64,000 bases of DNA, taken from NCBI GenBank assembly GCA_012026655.1, contig JAAILG010000414.1, positions 1-64,000 of the forward strand, written 5' to 3'. The DNA is from Hydrolagus affinis. Its lineage: Eukaryota. The notes under the pieces are model-generated. The model was not told the DNA's origin. It made no database searches and saw only the letters and a program-made list of their open reading frames with translations. The translations under genes were made by a program, and so were the position numbers. Shown here in pieces: positions 1 through 11,595 of the stretch; position 1 is the stretch's first letter; each line of letters opens with the position of its first letter.

Positions 1-107
1 TATATCGATTTTTCGATATATCAATATTTTTGAAATGCCTATATCGGCATATCGATATGAAAATTATATCGGGTTTTAGCAATATATCGATATATCGCCG
101 GACCCTA
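1..107 (+). mobile_element. Right end of a hAT-type MITE (same family as 26118-26504), cut by the window start
   Basis: CGATATATCG subterminal repeats end in TATATCGCCGGACCCTA, whose reverse complement TAGGGTCCGGCGATATA matches the TIR of the complete copy. Confidence 0.85.
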
Positions 108-312
108 CTAAGTTCACATCAGGAAACTGTTTATGGGGTCATTCTGGTCGGATTTTTATTAAAAATACAATTAATTTTAGTAATTTGCTCATACAACCAT
201 ATAGTTTTGAGAAAAAGCTGCGAGTATTGAGCTGCAATGTTCTAAATAGGGATTGTCCTTATTCTTGAAATGCACTGGGAATTTAGTTTTTTTAATCTTC
301 TTTTCTTTGCAG

Positions 313-3300
313 ATGGTGACGATGACCCACATGTCTCATGGGTAGCCTCATCTCCCTCCAGCAAAGATGTTGCATCTCCCTCTCAGATGTTAGGAGAGGG
401 GTGTGACCTCAGCCTAGTGGATGAAGAAGGAGGGACAGGTTTGCCTTACCCTTGCCAGTTCTGTGATAAATCATTCAGCCGTTTGAGTTACCTTAAGCGA
501 CACGAGCAGATCCACAGTGACAAACTTCCCTTCAAGTGTACGTTTTGTAGTCGTCTGTTCAAGCACAAACGAAGCCGCGACCGCCACATCAAGCTTCACA
601 CAGGAGACAAGAAGTATCATTGTCACGAGTGTGAAGCAGCTTTTTCGCGCAGTGATCACCTCAAAATCCACCTGAAAACTCACAGTTCCAGCAAGCCGTT
701 CAAGTGTACCATTTGCAAGCGTGGCTTCTCGTCCACTAGTTCGTTGCAAAGTCATATGCAAGCTCACAAGAAAAACAAGGATCACGTTGCCAAGGTTGAG
801 AAGGATTTGAAGAAAGAGGATTTTGTTTGTGATTACTGTGATGACACTTTCAATCAAGTTGAAAACTTGGAGAAACATATGGCCACAAATCACCCACAGA
901 TTTGTGAGAAAGCAGAATTGCAGTGCATCCATTGCCCTGAAGCATTTGCAGAAGAAAATGCATTGATTAATCACATAGATCTCGTTCATGGGAATAAGAA
1001 ACATAAGTGTCCAATGTGTCCCGAGCAGTTTCCAACTGTGGAAGAAGTCTATTGTCATCTTGATACCCATAGACAACCAGATTCGAGTAACCACAGCATC
1101 AGTCCCGACCATGTTACAGGAAGTGCAGCATCCATGAGCAGCACTACTCCGGATTCCAGTGCTTCAGTTGAAAGAGGTTCAACACCTGACTCTACACTAA
1201 AGCCATCCAGAAGTCAGAGAAAGCCTTCTGGATCCTTGGAAAGAGAAGGAAGCCAGAATTCCTGGTCACCAAAAGTTACTTACAGTTGTCCATATTGTTC
1301 CAAGCGTGACTTTAATAGTTTGGCTGTCCTAGAAATTCACTTAAAGACGATTCACTCAGATAAACCTCAGCAAAGCCACACATGCCAGTTCTGCCTTGAT
1401 TCACTCCCCACTTTATATAACTTAAATGAACATGTCCGGAAACTACACAAAAATAATGTTTTTCCAGTAATGCAGTTTACTACAACTTCTACACTTCACT
1501 GCAACTACTGCCCAGAGATGTTTGCAGATCTAAACTGTTTGCAAGAACATATCAGAGTTACTCATTGTATTCCAAATACACTCACTCAAGATGGAAACCA
1601 TGCTTTCTTTTGTTCTCATTGCTCAATGGGGTTCCTTACAGAATCTTCACTTGCGGAACACATTCAGCAAGTTCATTGTAACATGGGAAATACAAAACTG
1701 GAGTCTCCTGTAATACAGGCTACACAGTCTTTCATGGAGGTTTATTCTTGCCCTTATTGCACCAACTCCCCAATTTTTGGCACTATCCTGAAGCTGACAA
1801 AGCACATCAAGGAAAACCATAAGAATATTCCACTTGCGAACAACAGTCGGAAATCCAAGACAGAGCAAAGTCCCGTTTCGTCCGATGCAGAAGTCTCCTC
1901 TCCTAAAAGACAGAGACTGTCAGCAAGTGCAGCTGCACTATCAAATGGCGAGTATCCATGCAACCAATGTGATCTCAAGTTCTCCTCTTTTGAAAGTTTT
2001 CAAAGCCACCTGAAATCACATTTGGAAATTCTTTTAAGGAAGCAGTCCTGCCCTCAATGTAAAGAGGATTTTGATTCCCAAGAGACCCTTTTACAACATC
2101 TCACCATACACTACATGACAACTTCTACCCATTATGTATGCGAGAGTTGTGACAAACAATTTTCGTCAGTGGATGACCTACAGAAGCATTTGCTAGATAT
2201 GCATACTTTTGTGCTCTATCACTGCACATTGTGCCAAGAAGTCTTTGATTCCAAGGTCTCTATTCAAGTGCATTTGGCAGTGAAGCACAGCAATGAAAAG
2301 AAAATGTATCGCTGTACAGCCTGTAACTGGGATTTCCGAAAAGAGGTGGATCTTCAGCTTCATGTGAAGCACAGCCATTTGGGTAATCCGGCCAAAGGCC
2401 GCAAATGCATATTCTGTGGTGAGACCTTCAGTACGGAGGTGGAGTTGCAATGCCATATCACAACACACAGTAAAAAGTACAATTGTAAGTTCTGCAGCAA
2501 GGCGTTCCATGCTATCATATTGCTAGAAAAGCATTTGCGAGAAAAGCATTGTGTGTTTGACACCACCAGCCAAAATGGAACTGCAAATGGCATTGCATCA
2601 TCCAATAAGAGAGTGGAGACAGATCTGCAGAACATTCTGATGAAGAGCCAAGAGGCTCTGAACAGCCATGAAGCTAGTGAGGATGACATTGATGCCTTAG
2701 AGCCCATGTACGCCTGTGATATATGTGGTGCCGCATACACTATGGAAGTTCTACTCCAGAATCATAGGTTAAGGGATCACAACATTCGCCCTGGAGAAGA
2801 TGATAATTCACGGAAAAAAGCAGACTTCATCAAAGGAACTCATAAATGCAACATCTGCGCTAGGACGTTTTTCTCAGAGAATGGACTTCGAGAGCATATG
2901 CAGACACACCGTGGACCAGCCAAACACTATATGTGTCCTATCTGTGGTGAGAGGTTTCCTTCACTTCTAACCCTGACTGAACACAAGGTGACACACAGCA
3001 AAAGTTTAGATACGGGAACTTGCAGGATCTGCAAGATGCCACTGCAAAGTGAAGAAGAATTTATTGAGCACTGCCAGATGCATCCAGACCTGAGAAATTC
3101 CCTTACAGGGTTCCGTTGTGTGGTCTGCATGCAGACAGTCACCTCCACACTTGAGTTAAAAATTCATGGAACATTTCATATGCAGAAATTAGCAGGAAGT
3201 TCTTCATCCTCATCTCCAAATAATCAGGCTCTTCAGAGACTCTACAAGTGTGCTTTATGCCTGAAGGAGTTCAGGAGCAAACAGGACTTGGTGAAACTCG

Positions 3301-3545
3301 ATGTCAATGGCCTGCCTTATGGCTTATGTGCAGGTTGCATGAACAGAAATACGAATGGTCAGTCTTCCAATGTACCTCAGCAGGAAAGCAGTGAAAGAGC
3401 CAGCGCAAGTCTTCGATGTCCTGAGTGTGCAGTGAAGTTTGAAACTGTGGAAGATCTAGAGAATCATATCCAGATGGACCACAGGGAAATGACACCAGAG
3501 ACAAGGAGCCAGAAAAAGTCATCGCAAGCATCACCAGCCCCCAGG
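313..3545 (+). CDS. ZNF423: ZNF423 giant internal coding exon (3233 nt; about ZF2-ZF26)
   Basis: The ORF 270-3590 translation matches ZNF423 as I recall it ([69 protein letters not shown]), better than the paralog ZNF521. Acceptor ttttctttgcAG ends at 312 (phase 1). Donor AGG|GTAAGC follows 3545 (phase 0). Confidence 0.96.
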
Positions 3546-3853
3546 GTAAGCAAATGGAATTGTCTTGAATTTTCAACACTTTGTGAATAAGTAAACTAGT
3601 GAATGCTTTTTTTTAAAAAAAACTATTTACTCAATTGACTTCATCATCGTGTAGAATATATCTTTATGATATCCTAGGTTTTAATCTTGATTGTCACATG
3701 AGAGATTCAGATGAAAGTCTGGTGATAATTTCATACTGTTTTCCAGTACTGCCTTGTCTTCATTTAGCTTGTCTATATACGTTTCTAAATTGTATAAAAC
3801 TAATTGGGGTGACGTACTAAACCATACAATTCTTTCTTGCAATTGTGTGATAG

Positions 3854-3958
<105 letters not shown>

Positions 3959-4396
3959 TAATTATGCAGTGTTGTTTGTATTGTTCTTTCATCTAATTGT
4001 TAAATTGTACAACATTGGTAATACAGAGGTTAAATTCAGTTGCTTCATATTTTTAATTGAAGGTTTATTTTATTACATTTGACAATTTTAATAAAATTAA
4101 AGTAAAACTATAATTTTTTTTAAAAATCATATGGTAACCTAAGAGGTGCAACATAAATGTTGATGTTTGTTTTTGGTGCATTTACTGCATTGTGTGGTAC
4201 TGGGCTGAACAGACCAAGATCTCAGGCTTGATATAGTAAAACCGTAATATACGGCGTAACTGAAGAATGAGTCACTTAAGATGGGAGTGGTACTGAATCC
4301 CGTGCATCAATACTTTATCAGTTGTTGTTTTCAGGAGAAACGAGAGAGAGAAATATTGGGTGAAATGCAAGATTGATAAGATTGAGAAATTATATT

Positions 4397-4640
4397 CGGT
4401 AAAACCCACATAAATTGTATCAATTGGGACCATAACATTTAGTATGACTTATGCATAGTCCAAGTTGCAGGCAAACTGTATAAGTCGTATGAAATCCAAT
4501 TTAATCAATAATTGACGCTGCCCATGCTTAACTCAATACAACCAGTAAGTGTGCATGCGGTGATGGGTGAAGACTGCGTTCCCTGTGATTCAGTTCAGCG
4601 GTGCACAAGTCACCGGGTCATCTCATAATTTCCCGCAATT
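4397..4640 (+). mobile_element. 5' part of an old Tigger-like MITE (family B)
   Basis: Aligns by eye with 13356-13600 (cggtaaaacccacataaattgtatc vs caataaaactcacataagttgtatc; shared ccagtaagtgt...aagactgcgtt). No right TIR found. Confidence 0.6.
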
Positions 4641-5632
4641 CAATGCAGTGTATTTTTAAAACCATGGCTATTAGAGGCATCATCGTGGAATATGTTTGAA
4701 GTGTTATTTAACCTGATATTATTAAAATTACAGAATCTGTAACATCCCAAATGAACAATTTTGTGTCTGTTGATGTTAGTTTAACTCTTTCACCCTTTTA
4801 TGCTCTGCAACTCTCCGCATCAGCTCTTCAGACGACGACATCGCTTCTCGCTGTTTAAAACAAAATCTGTGTTCTTTTAAATCACCGGATAGCAATGAAA
4901 AATAATGCGTTAGTGATTATTTTTGGAAAAAAATACAAATAGACGAGCTTGTCTGAATAATTTCAGCAGCATGCTTAAAATGAAAAGAAACAAGCTGCTC
5001 TACCAAATGGTCACAAAATTCGAACATAATGGAAGGCAACTGTTAATTTGTCTCTGGCTTCTCTTGTTTGTGTTACATGCTTTCCACTGCTGGTCAGAGG
5101 CAGCCAGGGAGCAGACATTTTGTGGAGAAGCTCCTCCCCAGTGACATGAAGCGACGCTGAAGCTGTGGGCAGCGCACTCTATTCATATTGACACTAGAGA
5201 GAGAGGCAATTCTAGGCAGAATGCAAGGTTGCTTCTGATCAGCCTTTTCAAAATAATAAAACAGGAGCTAGCGATGACTAAATGACAAGCTAAAAGTGTT
5301 TATAAATCCTCCATTTTATAGCATTTTTTTTTTAGCCATTCTATATATATCCCTCTTGGACCAAAGGCATTAACCAGTTCACCTTGGGTATTTAGATATT
5401 TGTTTGCTTCGATGGTAGATTCTGTAGACATATAGAAGAATCTTATAGAGAAATAAAATGCCTGGAATAAGTGTAATTATACGTCATTGGATTTGCGGGA
5501 ATTTTATAAAGAACGTGTTGATCCAAGTTCCATGTGTTATACTGTACTGATATAGCAAAATATAATCAATTTGATATGTGTGACTTTTACTATAGCTGCA
5601 ATTTTGTTGTGTTTCAAGCAGTCATTTAAATA

Positions 5633-5840
5633 CAGTAAAAGCCTGTTTATCCGGCACCCTCGGGACCTGGCCAATGCCGGTTAAAGCGCGTGCCTGATAT
5701 TTGGCTGAAAACGCAAAACAAAAAAACATTTCAATGCATTTTTCCGGATAAATTCCGGTTAATCGAATGCGGACTTTTTTGTGATGCAGGTTAAACGGAA
5801 GTTACAGTTGATCGGGTGCCAGATAAATGGGCTTTTACTG
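5633..5840 (+). mobile_element. Tigger/pogo-type (Tc1/mariner) MITE, 208 bp (family A)
   Basis: 27-bp TIRs CAGTAAAAGCCTGTTTATCCGGCACCC and (reverse complement) CAGTAAAAGCCCATTTATCTGGCACCC, with TA on both sides (5631-32, 5841-42). Confidence 0.9.
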
Positions 5841-5842
5841 TA

Positions 5843-6156
5843 ATAATAATAAAAATCCTTGTATTTGATGTGGAGCTTTTCACGTCTTTGAAACATCTCA
5901 AAGTGCTTCACAAAATATACTGTAAAGTGAATTGACTGTATATTTTGTGAACAAAATGCAGCAGCTAATTGTGCACAGCTATGTCCCACAAATAGTCGTG
6001 GATTTAGTGACCAAATTCTTTTTTTTCTTGAGGGATTATATCAGCTGTGTGGAGTAAGGAAACTTGGAAACTTGAAACCCAGGTTTTGCCTTCCTGGGAA
6101 TCAAACCCAGTATCTCGCTTGTGAAGCAAGTGCTCTGACCACTGAGCTACAGGGCT
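5843..6156 (-). mobile_element. tRNA-derived SINE (Deu-type body, L2-like tail)
   Basis: On the minus strand: tRNA-like head 6087-6156 (A box TAGCTCAGTGG, B box GGTTTGATTCC), body GCTGTGCACAATTAGCTGC shared with the copies at 45095 and 63315, and a (TTA)n tail. Confidence 0.7.
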
Positions 6157-6677
6157 CCTAGACCTTGAAAGTAAACCGATGTTTGAAGCCGACAAAGAAG
6201 ACTGACTGAAATTTGCAAATGATGTGAATTTACAAATAACTGCAGCATATTCATAGGAGAATGGCGAGGCTGAGAGTCAGATTAAATAGTAGTTCAGACA
6301 TATTTCAAATACGTTATTTGTTATTTGTTATCTTTATGTCTAAACCGCGAGTTAATTTAATTTGTTCCAGTGGATTCTTGGTTTTGCCAAGATCAGTTTG
6401 CTGCTTGTGTTCGAAACTACGTACAGATCATTGCTTCCATGCTCAGATAGGTTTTTGTGTTTTGTTTTTGAATGTGGCCATCTTCTCTACTTGCTAAAAT
6501 GGCTTATTTAGTAAATCGTGCTAGCAAAATAATTCAACTGCTTCACAGTATTAGATAACTATTCTCTCGCAATAACTTGTTTGCAATAGGGTCTAGTGAG
6601 AGGCAGGTTGGTAGCTCAGAAGGTGTCGTGGGCTTCATTATTAAACACGAGGACATCCACAAACCATAGCCACCTGA

Positions 6678-6738
6678 CAACAACAAAATTACATTTATAG
6701 AGCGCCCTTCATATCAGGAGAACGTCTCAAGGTGCTGA
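6678..6738 (-). mobile_element. L2-type LINE 3' tail fragment
   Basis: Reverse complement matches the tail of the L2 copies at 33490 and 59620 (gagacgt...gaagggcgctctataaatgtaattttgttgttg). Confidence 0.7.
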
Positions 6739-8199
6739 CCTCACCGAATCAGTCGTGCACTCGATAACGTAATCCATGTGACATAACGGAGGCAATCGCA
6801 GATACACCATGCTTCATAGAGTCCGATGGTTTGTTGAGTGCTGTTATTTCATAATGGGGGTGTGGGGAGAGAGAAGTTGATTGACAGTGCAATGCATCAG
6901 AGCGGTTCCCTTTTGACAATTGTATTCCATGATATTCAGCAAAAACAATAAATACTACAGGAAACAAATTAAATCAAGTAATTATATTAAATATTTTGCA
7001 AAAATAAACCCAGCACAATTTATTTTGTTGTAGGGTCCTACTTTTTAAAGTACTTGTTGTAGGGGCACACTCTTTTGTTTCCCTACACCCAGCAACTGTC
7101 TTACTAACTGAGAGGTCAGGTATGCAACCTATTTTTTAAGCGTTTACCAATCGTACTGTAATGTGGCTGTTTGGAGATATACCCTTCATAAAAAATGTAT
7201 GTATGTTTCTGCTCTTACCTCTCGGGAAGGACTTGACTCCATTTGGCATCTCACCCTTGTTGAGCGTGAGAATATCCCGTCAGGAGAGCTGCGCTGCACT
7301 ACCAGGCTACTGCAGGGATTTAACTTATATTTGTTCTCTGCTTTTATTATTTTCCCATCAAATTGCTTGTTTTAATAATTACCATTGAACACAATGAATC
7401 ATGACTCTTGCATGACTGTAAAGATGGGCAAACAGGGCTCTTTAGTTTACGCTTATCTTCACTTGTCGAAAAGTGTTTGCTGAAAGTGGTTAGTTGATAC
7501 ATTTTATCGGTCAAGCTGAGCCAAAGCTTTATTTTTAGTATAGCGTGAACAATTCTTCATTTATATATAGTGTAAGAATATCAGACAATCACCCTACTTC
7601 TCCTGAATAACTAATTTCTTTGAATGTATTTTGTACCAATTGGAAAATCCCTGTTGTGTGATTTTCTGGCAACACATTAAATATATTAAAGAAAAGGTAA
7701 GATAATATTCAAGGAATGTATACAGCAATAGGATTCACATTGTAGTCAGTTGTGTCTATTATTAGACTTAGTTTCCCACCAGACATTTCAGAATACCAAT
7801 AGTTAGCTGATGGAGTTGGATGTCAAGAATGAAGAAAACTGAAATACAAAATAAAAAATTTTAAAACAATTTTCTTTACCTATCTTGGGTAAATTGAGCA
7901 ATCTACCCCCATTCCACAGCCGAGGTACAATGATCTCTTTGCACAAGCAGGTTCAGTGCAAGAAATGGGCACAAACTATATGTTTAAACTATTTTATGGT
8001 TAAACTCAAACTCACAAAGTAATTTGGACCAATTTTTTTTCAAACTTTCTAACACAGAAGGAATAGAATTCAGTTGGATTAAATTTTGGTTTGGGTTAAC
8101 TATATTTATAGAGGGACTGGCATGTGACATTACTTATGTAATTAACAATCCAACAAAAAGAATATAGAATCACTAGAGTTATAAATTAATTGGGATCAA

Positions 8200-8290
8200 C
8201 ATCTCTATTATTGTAGCTTGCGACTACCAAGTTGGTAGAAGATGAACTGGATGGACTTTGGTCTTTTTTTTGTCTAGCAATTCTTCTATT
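8200..8290 (+). mobile_element. Degenerate CR1-like LINE 3' end
   Basis: gaactggatggactttggtc...tgtctagcaattcttctatt resembles CR1 3' termini. Recognised by eye only. Confidence 0.45.
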
Positions 8291-10266
8291 CATACAAAAG
8301 TTTTGGCAACCTTATTTATTACACAAAGGGATCACTGTCTTAGAATGGATAGAGCGGAGATTACTTTCACAGGCTCAGAGTGGAGATCCAAATTTACCCC
8401 ATGGAGTACTATTCTAATATGTGATTCCATATAAACTAATATGTTGGCAGTTTGAATGTGTTGTTTGTGGTATTTACATGTGGATTAATTCTTACCATTT
8501 TATAAATGATTATTTGTTGACGTGGCTGTGGGTAGAGATGTGTAATTTTGCAATTTAGTGTTGGCTGTGGATTTATGTTGACTTTATATTTTGACTTGGC
8601 AGATTCTTGGTTTATAAATCAAGTCAGTTTAGTTTAATGATACTGGGTTCACGTGTAATGGTTTTCTTTACTGTAGTATACTAATAGCTAAAAATTAAAT
8701 ATCCAAGAGTCTGTTTTGCTGTAGGTTTGTTTCCGTCTTGTGATTAATCGTATCCTTGTATAATTCATTACATACTTTTAATGAAGCTAGTCAAATATAT
8801 ATTAGCCTTATTCTTAGTATCCTGGCAGAAACTGAGCTTATTATGCCATTTCCTTAAAAGACCTGAAGACTGTGTCTGTGTTTGCTGCAAGTAAGGAGTT
8901 GGGAAAGGAAAATCAGGTGGTGAAAGAACAGAAATTGCTTAAAGGGACAGAGATTCCATGTAATTTCCCTTGTGGGATTGTTCATGTTACCCATAGTATG
9001 TGTAGGGTAGTTTAATTTGAAGAATGAGGGACAATACCTAAAGCAGAGTAATTTACCACTGAAGATTGAGGTGATTAAATACATCTAAAGAAAACCATGG
9101 TTTTGAGGGTAGCACAGCTGATTGGAGAAATACAGTACAGAACTAGAGGAGTAAACATAAATTGACTTTGCAGAATGAACACTTAGAAAAGTGCATTTAA
9201 GAGATTCAGTAGTGCTAGCATTTGGCCAGATGCTTCTCTAGAAGTTGGGATGGTAAATTAAGAGAGGGAAGTTGTGATTCTGAACCTACTGGCTTTGGAT
9301 TGCAGAATGGCATTGGCAGAAGCTTGGGAGAAAATTGTTAGCAGTAAAATGCAATAAGACTAAGTAGTAGAAAGGCTAAATAGGGTAAATTTTATTTCAA
9401 GTAAAAAGTTTTGTAGGAAAGCTGCAATCACTCCTTGGATTAATGATCTGATATCTGTAATTCTCAGGAACTTCATATTGCAGAGCAGAGGGGTCTCTAG
9501 TTGAATACATAAATTGTGTGTATCTACAGTTAATTATCACAGCAAAAGAGCAAGAAAATCATAACAGGGAAAGTTTTTTCCATGTGCCTTTTTTTTACAG
9601 TGAGAAAACATTCTTGTGACATCTGTGGGCAATGCAACTTGGATAGGGACATGACACTCATTACAAAGAACTGTTATGCCCTCAGTGAATCCAATGAACT
9701 CAAGATTAAACTGCATTATGAGGTTTGCAGAACAGTATAGCAAAATTGCATTCTTAGTGCATGAGTTGAAAACATAATGGCTTTTCACATAACCACTTAA
9801 TGGTTTAAATCTCTGTTCCTGGTGAGCTGAGAAAAGATGACAAGGCTGCTAAATGTTTTCTTATAAGCATTTTAAAAATGATATAACATTCAGCGTGACC
9901 AGATGCATATAAGATTCACAGAATCATTTGTGTAGTCCAGCAGCCCCATCTTGAAGACATCAGAGTAGCTCTTTCTTTGGCTTATTTTAGATGTAAAAAA
10001 ACTGATAAATTGGTAGTAAATTATCACCAAATTTTAATAGATTGAATAATTTAATAAATCAACATATATTTCTCACCACAAAAATTACAGTGTAGACAAA
10101 AAATAGTATTTTATTCTTTGATTCTTCTTACTGTGTTGCATAGAGTAACTTGATGTATCTTGATTGCCTACAGAAAATACCAGGGAACTGTAGTGCATTT
10201 TATGAGACAATGTTTTATCTTTCCATAGTTGTAATTGCTTGTAGAAAACATACACTTGTATATAAT

Positions 10267-10439
10267 ACAAAAACAGAAGCTGCTGGGAAAACTCAGCAGG
10301 TCAGGCAGCATCCATGGAGAAAGGAAACTGAGTCAACATTTCGGGTCCACAACCCTTCTTTCAGCCTGACCTGCTGAGTTTTCCCAGCAACTTCTATTTT
10401 TGTTTCAGATTTCCAGCATCTGCAGTATTTTGTGTTTTG
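10267..10439. mobile_element. Penelope-like element-derived hairpin repeat with a 14-bp TSD
   Basis: Inverted arms 10267-10306 and 10364-10403 (ctgggaaaactcagcaggtcaggc / gcctgacctgctgagttttcccag). Direct repeat CACTTGTATATAAT at 10253-10266 and 10440-10453. Family assignment is from recall of shark Penelope repeats. Confidence 0.75.
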
Positions 10440-11495
10440 CACTTGTATATAATGCCCTGGTGGTTTTGGTCTGATTTTAGCATTCAAAATTAGATGGTAC
10501 TCGCTAATCTCTAATGTGATCTGTAAACACTTACATTCTGTAAAGGTAGGAGTTAATTTTGTCAATCAATAACTCCTTTTACATTCATTTCTATAATTGA
10601 TTGAGTTATACATATGTGTGTCTATGCATAGAGTAAATAGTGCAATTGAAGGTACCGTACATTCAGTCTGTGTTGACAATGCTAGAATTGCCCTTTAAAG
10701 GCAATGACGACAATAAAACTGATGGAAGCAACATTTTTAGTTTTGTGGGAAAATTTGAACATGGTTGATGGTTGTTTGGATAATTAAACATTTGATCTTT
10801 TGACTGATTCAGAGATCTTTATTGTTCCTCTTAACATAATCATAACACTGTGTGTGAAAAGATAGCTAAAGCAGCATATAGTCTTAAACAGTAGGAACTA
10901 TTTTTTGTCTACACTATAATTTTTGTGCTGAAAAATATATGCTGACTATATGATTTAGCAAAGCATCTCCATTAGGTATTTCCAAATGCATCACCATGCT
11001 AATCTCTTTAAATGCCAATTATTTCTCAGTCTTTTATGTCTGAACAATGCAAAATTGAACAGGGGACAGCTTAATCATCCTTTCTTTTCTCCATGTAGTG
11101 CATCTCCTGCTGAGCCTTTTTCAGGTCAGAATGTGTTGGGCACAGGGGGCCGAACTGTCTGCTAATGTAGCATGGAATAAACTTTCTTAATCCTTAACTA
11201 GCCAGTGGTCAATTCAGTCCATGTAAATTCATTTAAAATTCCTACCCACCTACAAAAGTAGTCGTTCTTAAAATAATTTGAAGCCAGATACAAACTGTTT
11301 ATAATGTAGTTCATTGATGCCGAGTGTTAGTAGACTAACATGCTACACATGGAGGTGTAAGACATGAGTGATTCTTTTCATGGTGTGCTCCCAACCACGG
11401 GGTGCTATGGAGAAGTGATGACTGGAGGCAAGGTGTTTCTCTAGAGGGGGATGGTAAAATTGGAGAACAACTTAAGCTCGCAAGTTTTAAGATTG

Positions 11496-11595
11496 NNNNN
11501 NNNNNNNNNNNNNNNNNNNNNNNNNNNNNNNNNNNNNNNNNNNNNNNNNNNNNNNNNNNNNNNNNNNNNNNNNNNNNNNNNNNNNNNNNNNNNNN
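11496..11595. other. Assembly gap (100 N)
   Basis: Run of 100 N; the true size is unknown. Confidence 1.

Noticed and set aside
270-312. ATG at 270 as the start of a 1106-aa single-exon protein
   Set aside because: [14 protein letters not shown] is the translated polypyrimidine tract. Similarity to ZNF423 starts at the AG acceptor (312/313).
471-3579. Antisense ORFs (213 aa, 126 aa and others) over the giant exon
   Set aside because: These are expected shadows of a long coding frame and have no recognisable domains.
4090-4095. AATAAA as an intronic polyadenylation signal after the ZF27 exon
   Set aside because: The context is very AT-rich, so the hexamer is expected by chance; there is no independent support.
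6087-6156. Functional tRNA-Val(CAC) gene
   Set aside because: The acceptor stem does not pair fully, the T loop reads TTTGATT rather than TTCGA, and it adjoins a SINE body.
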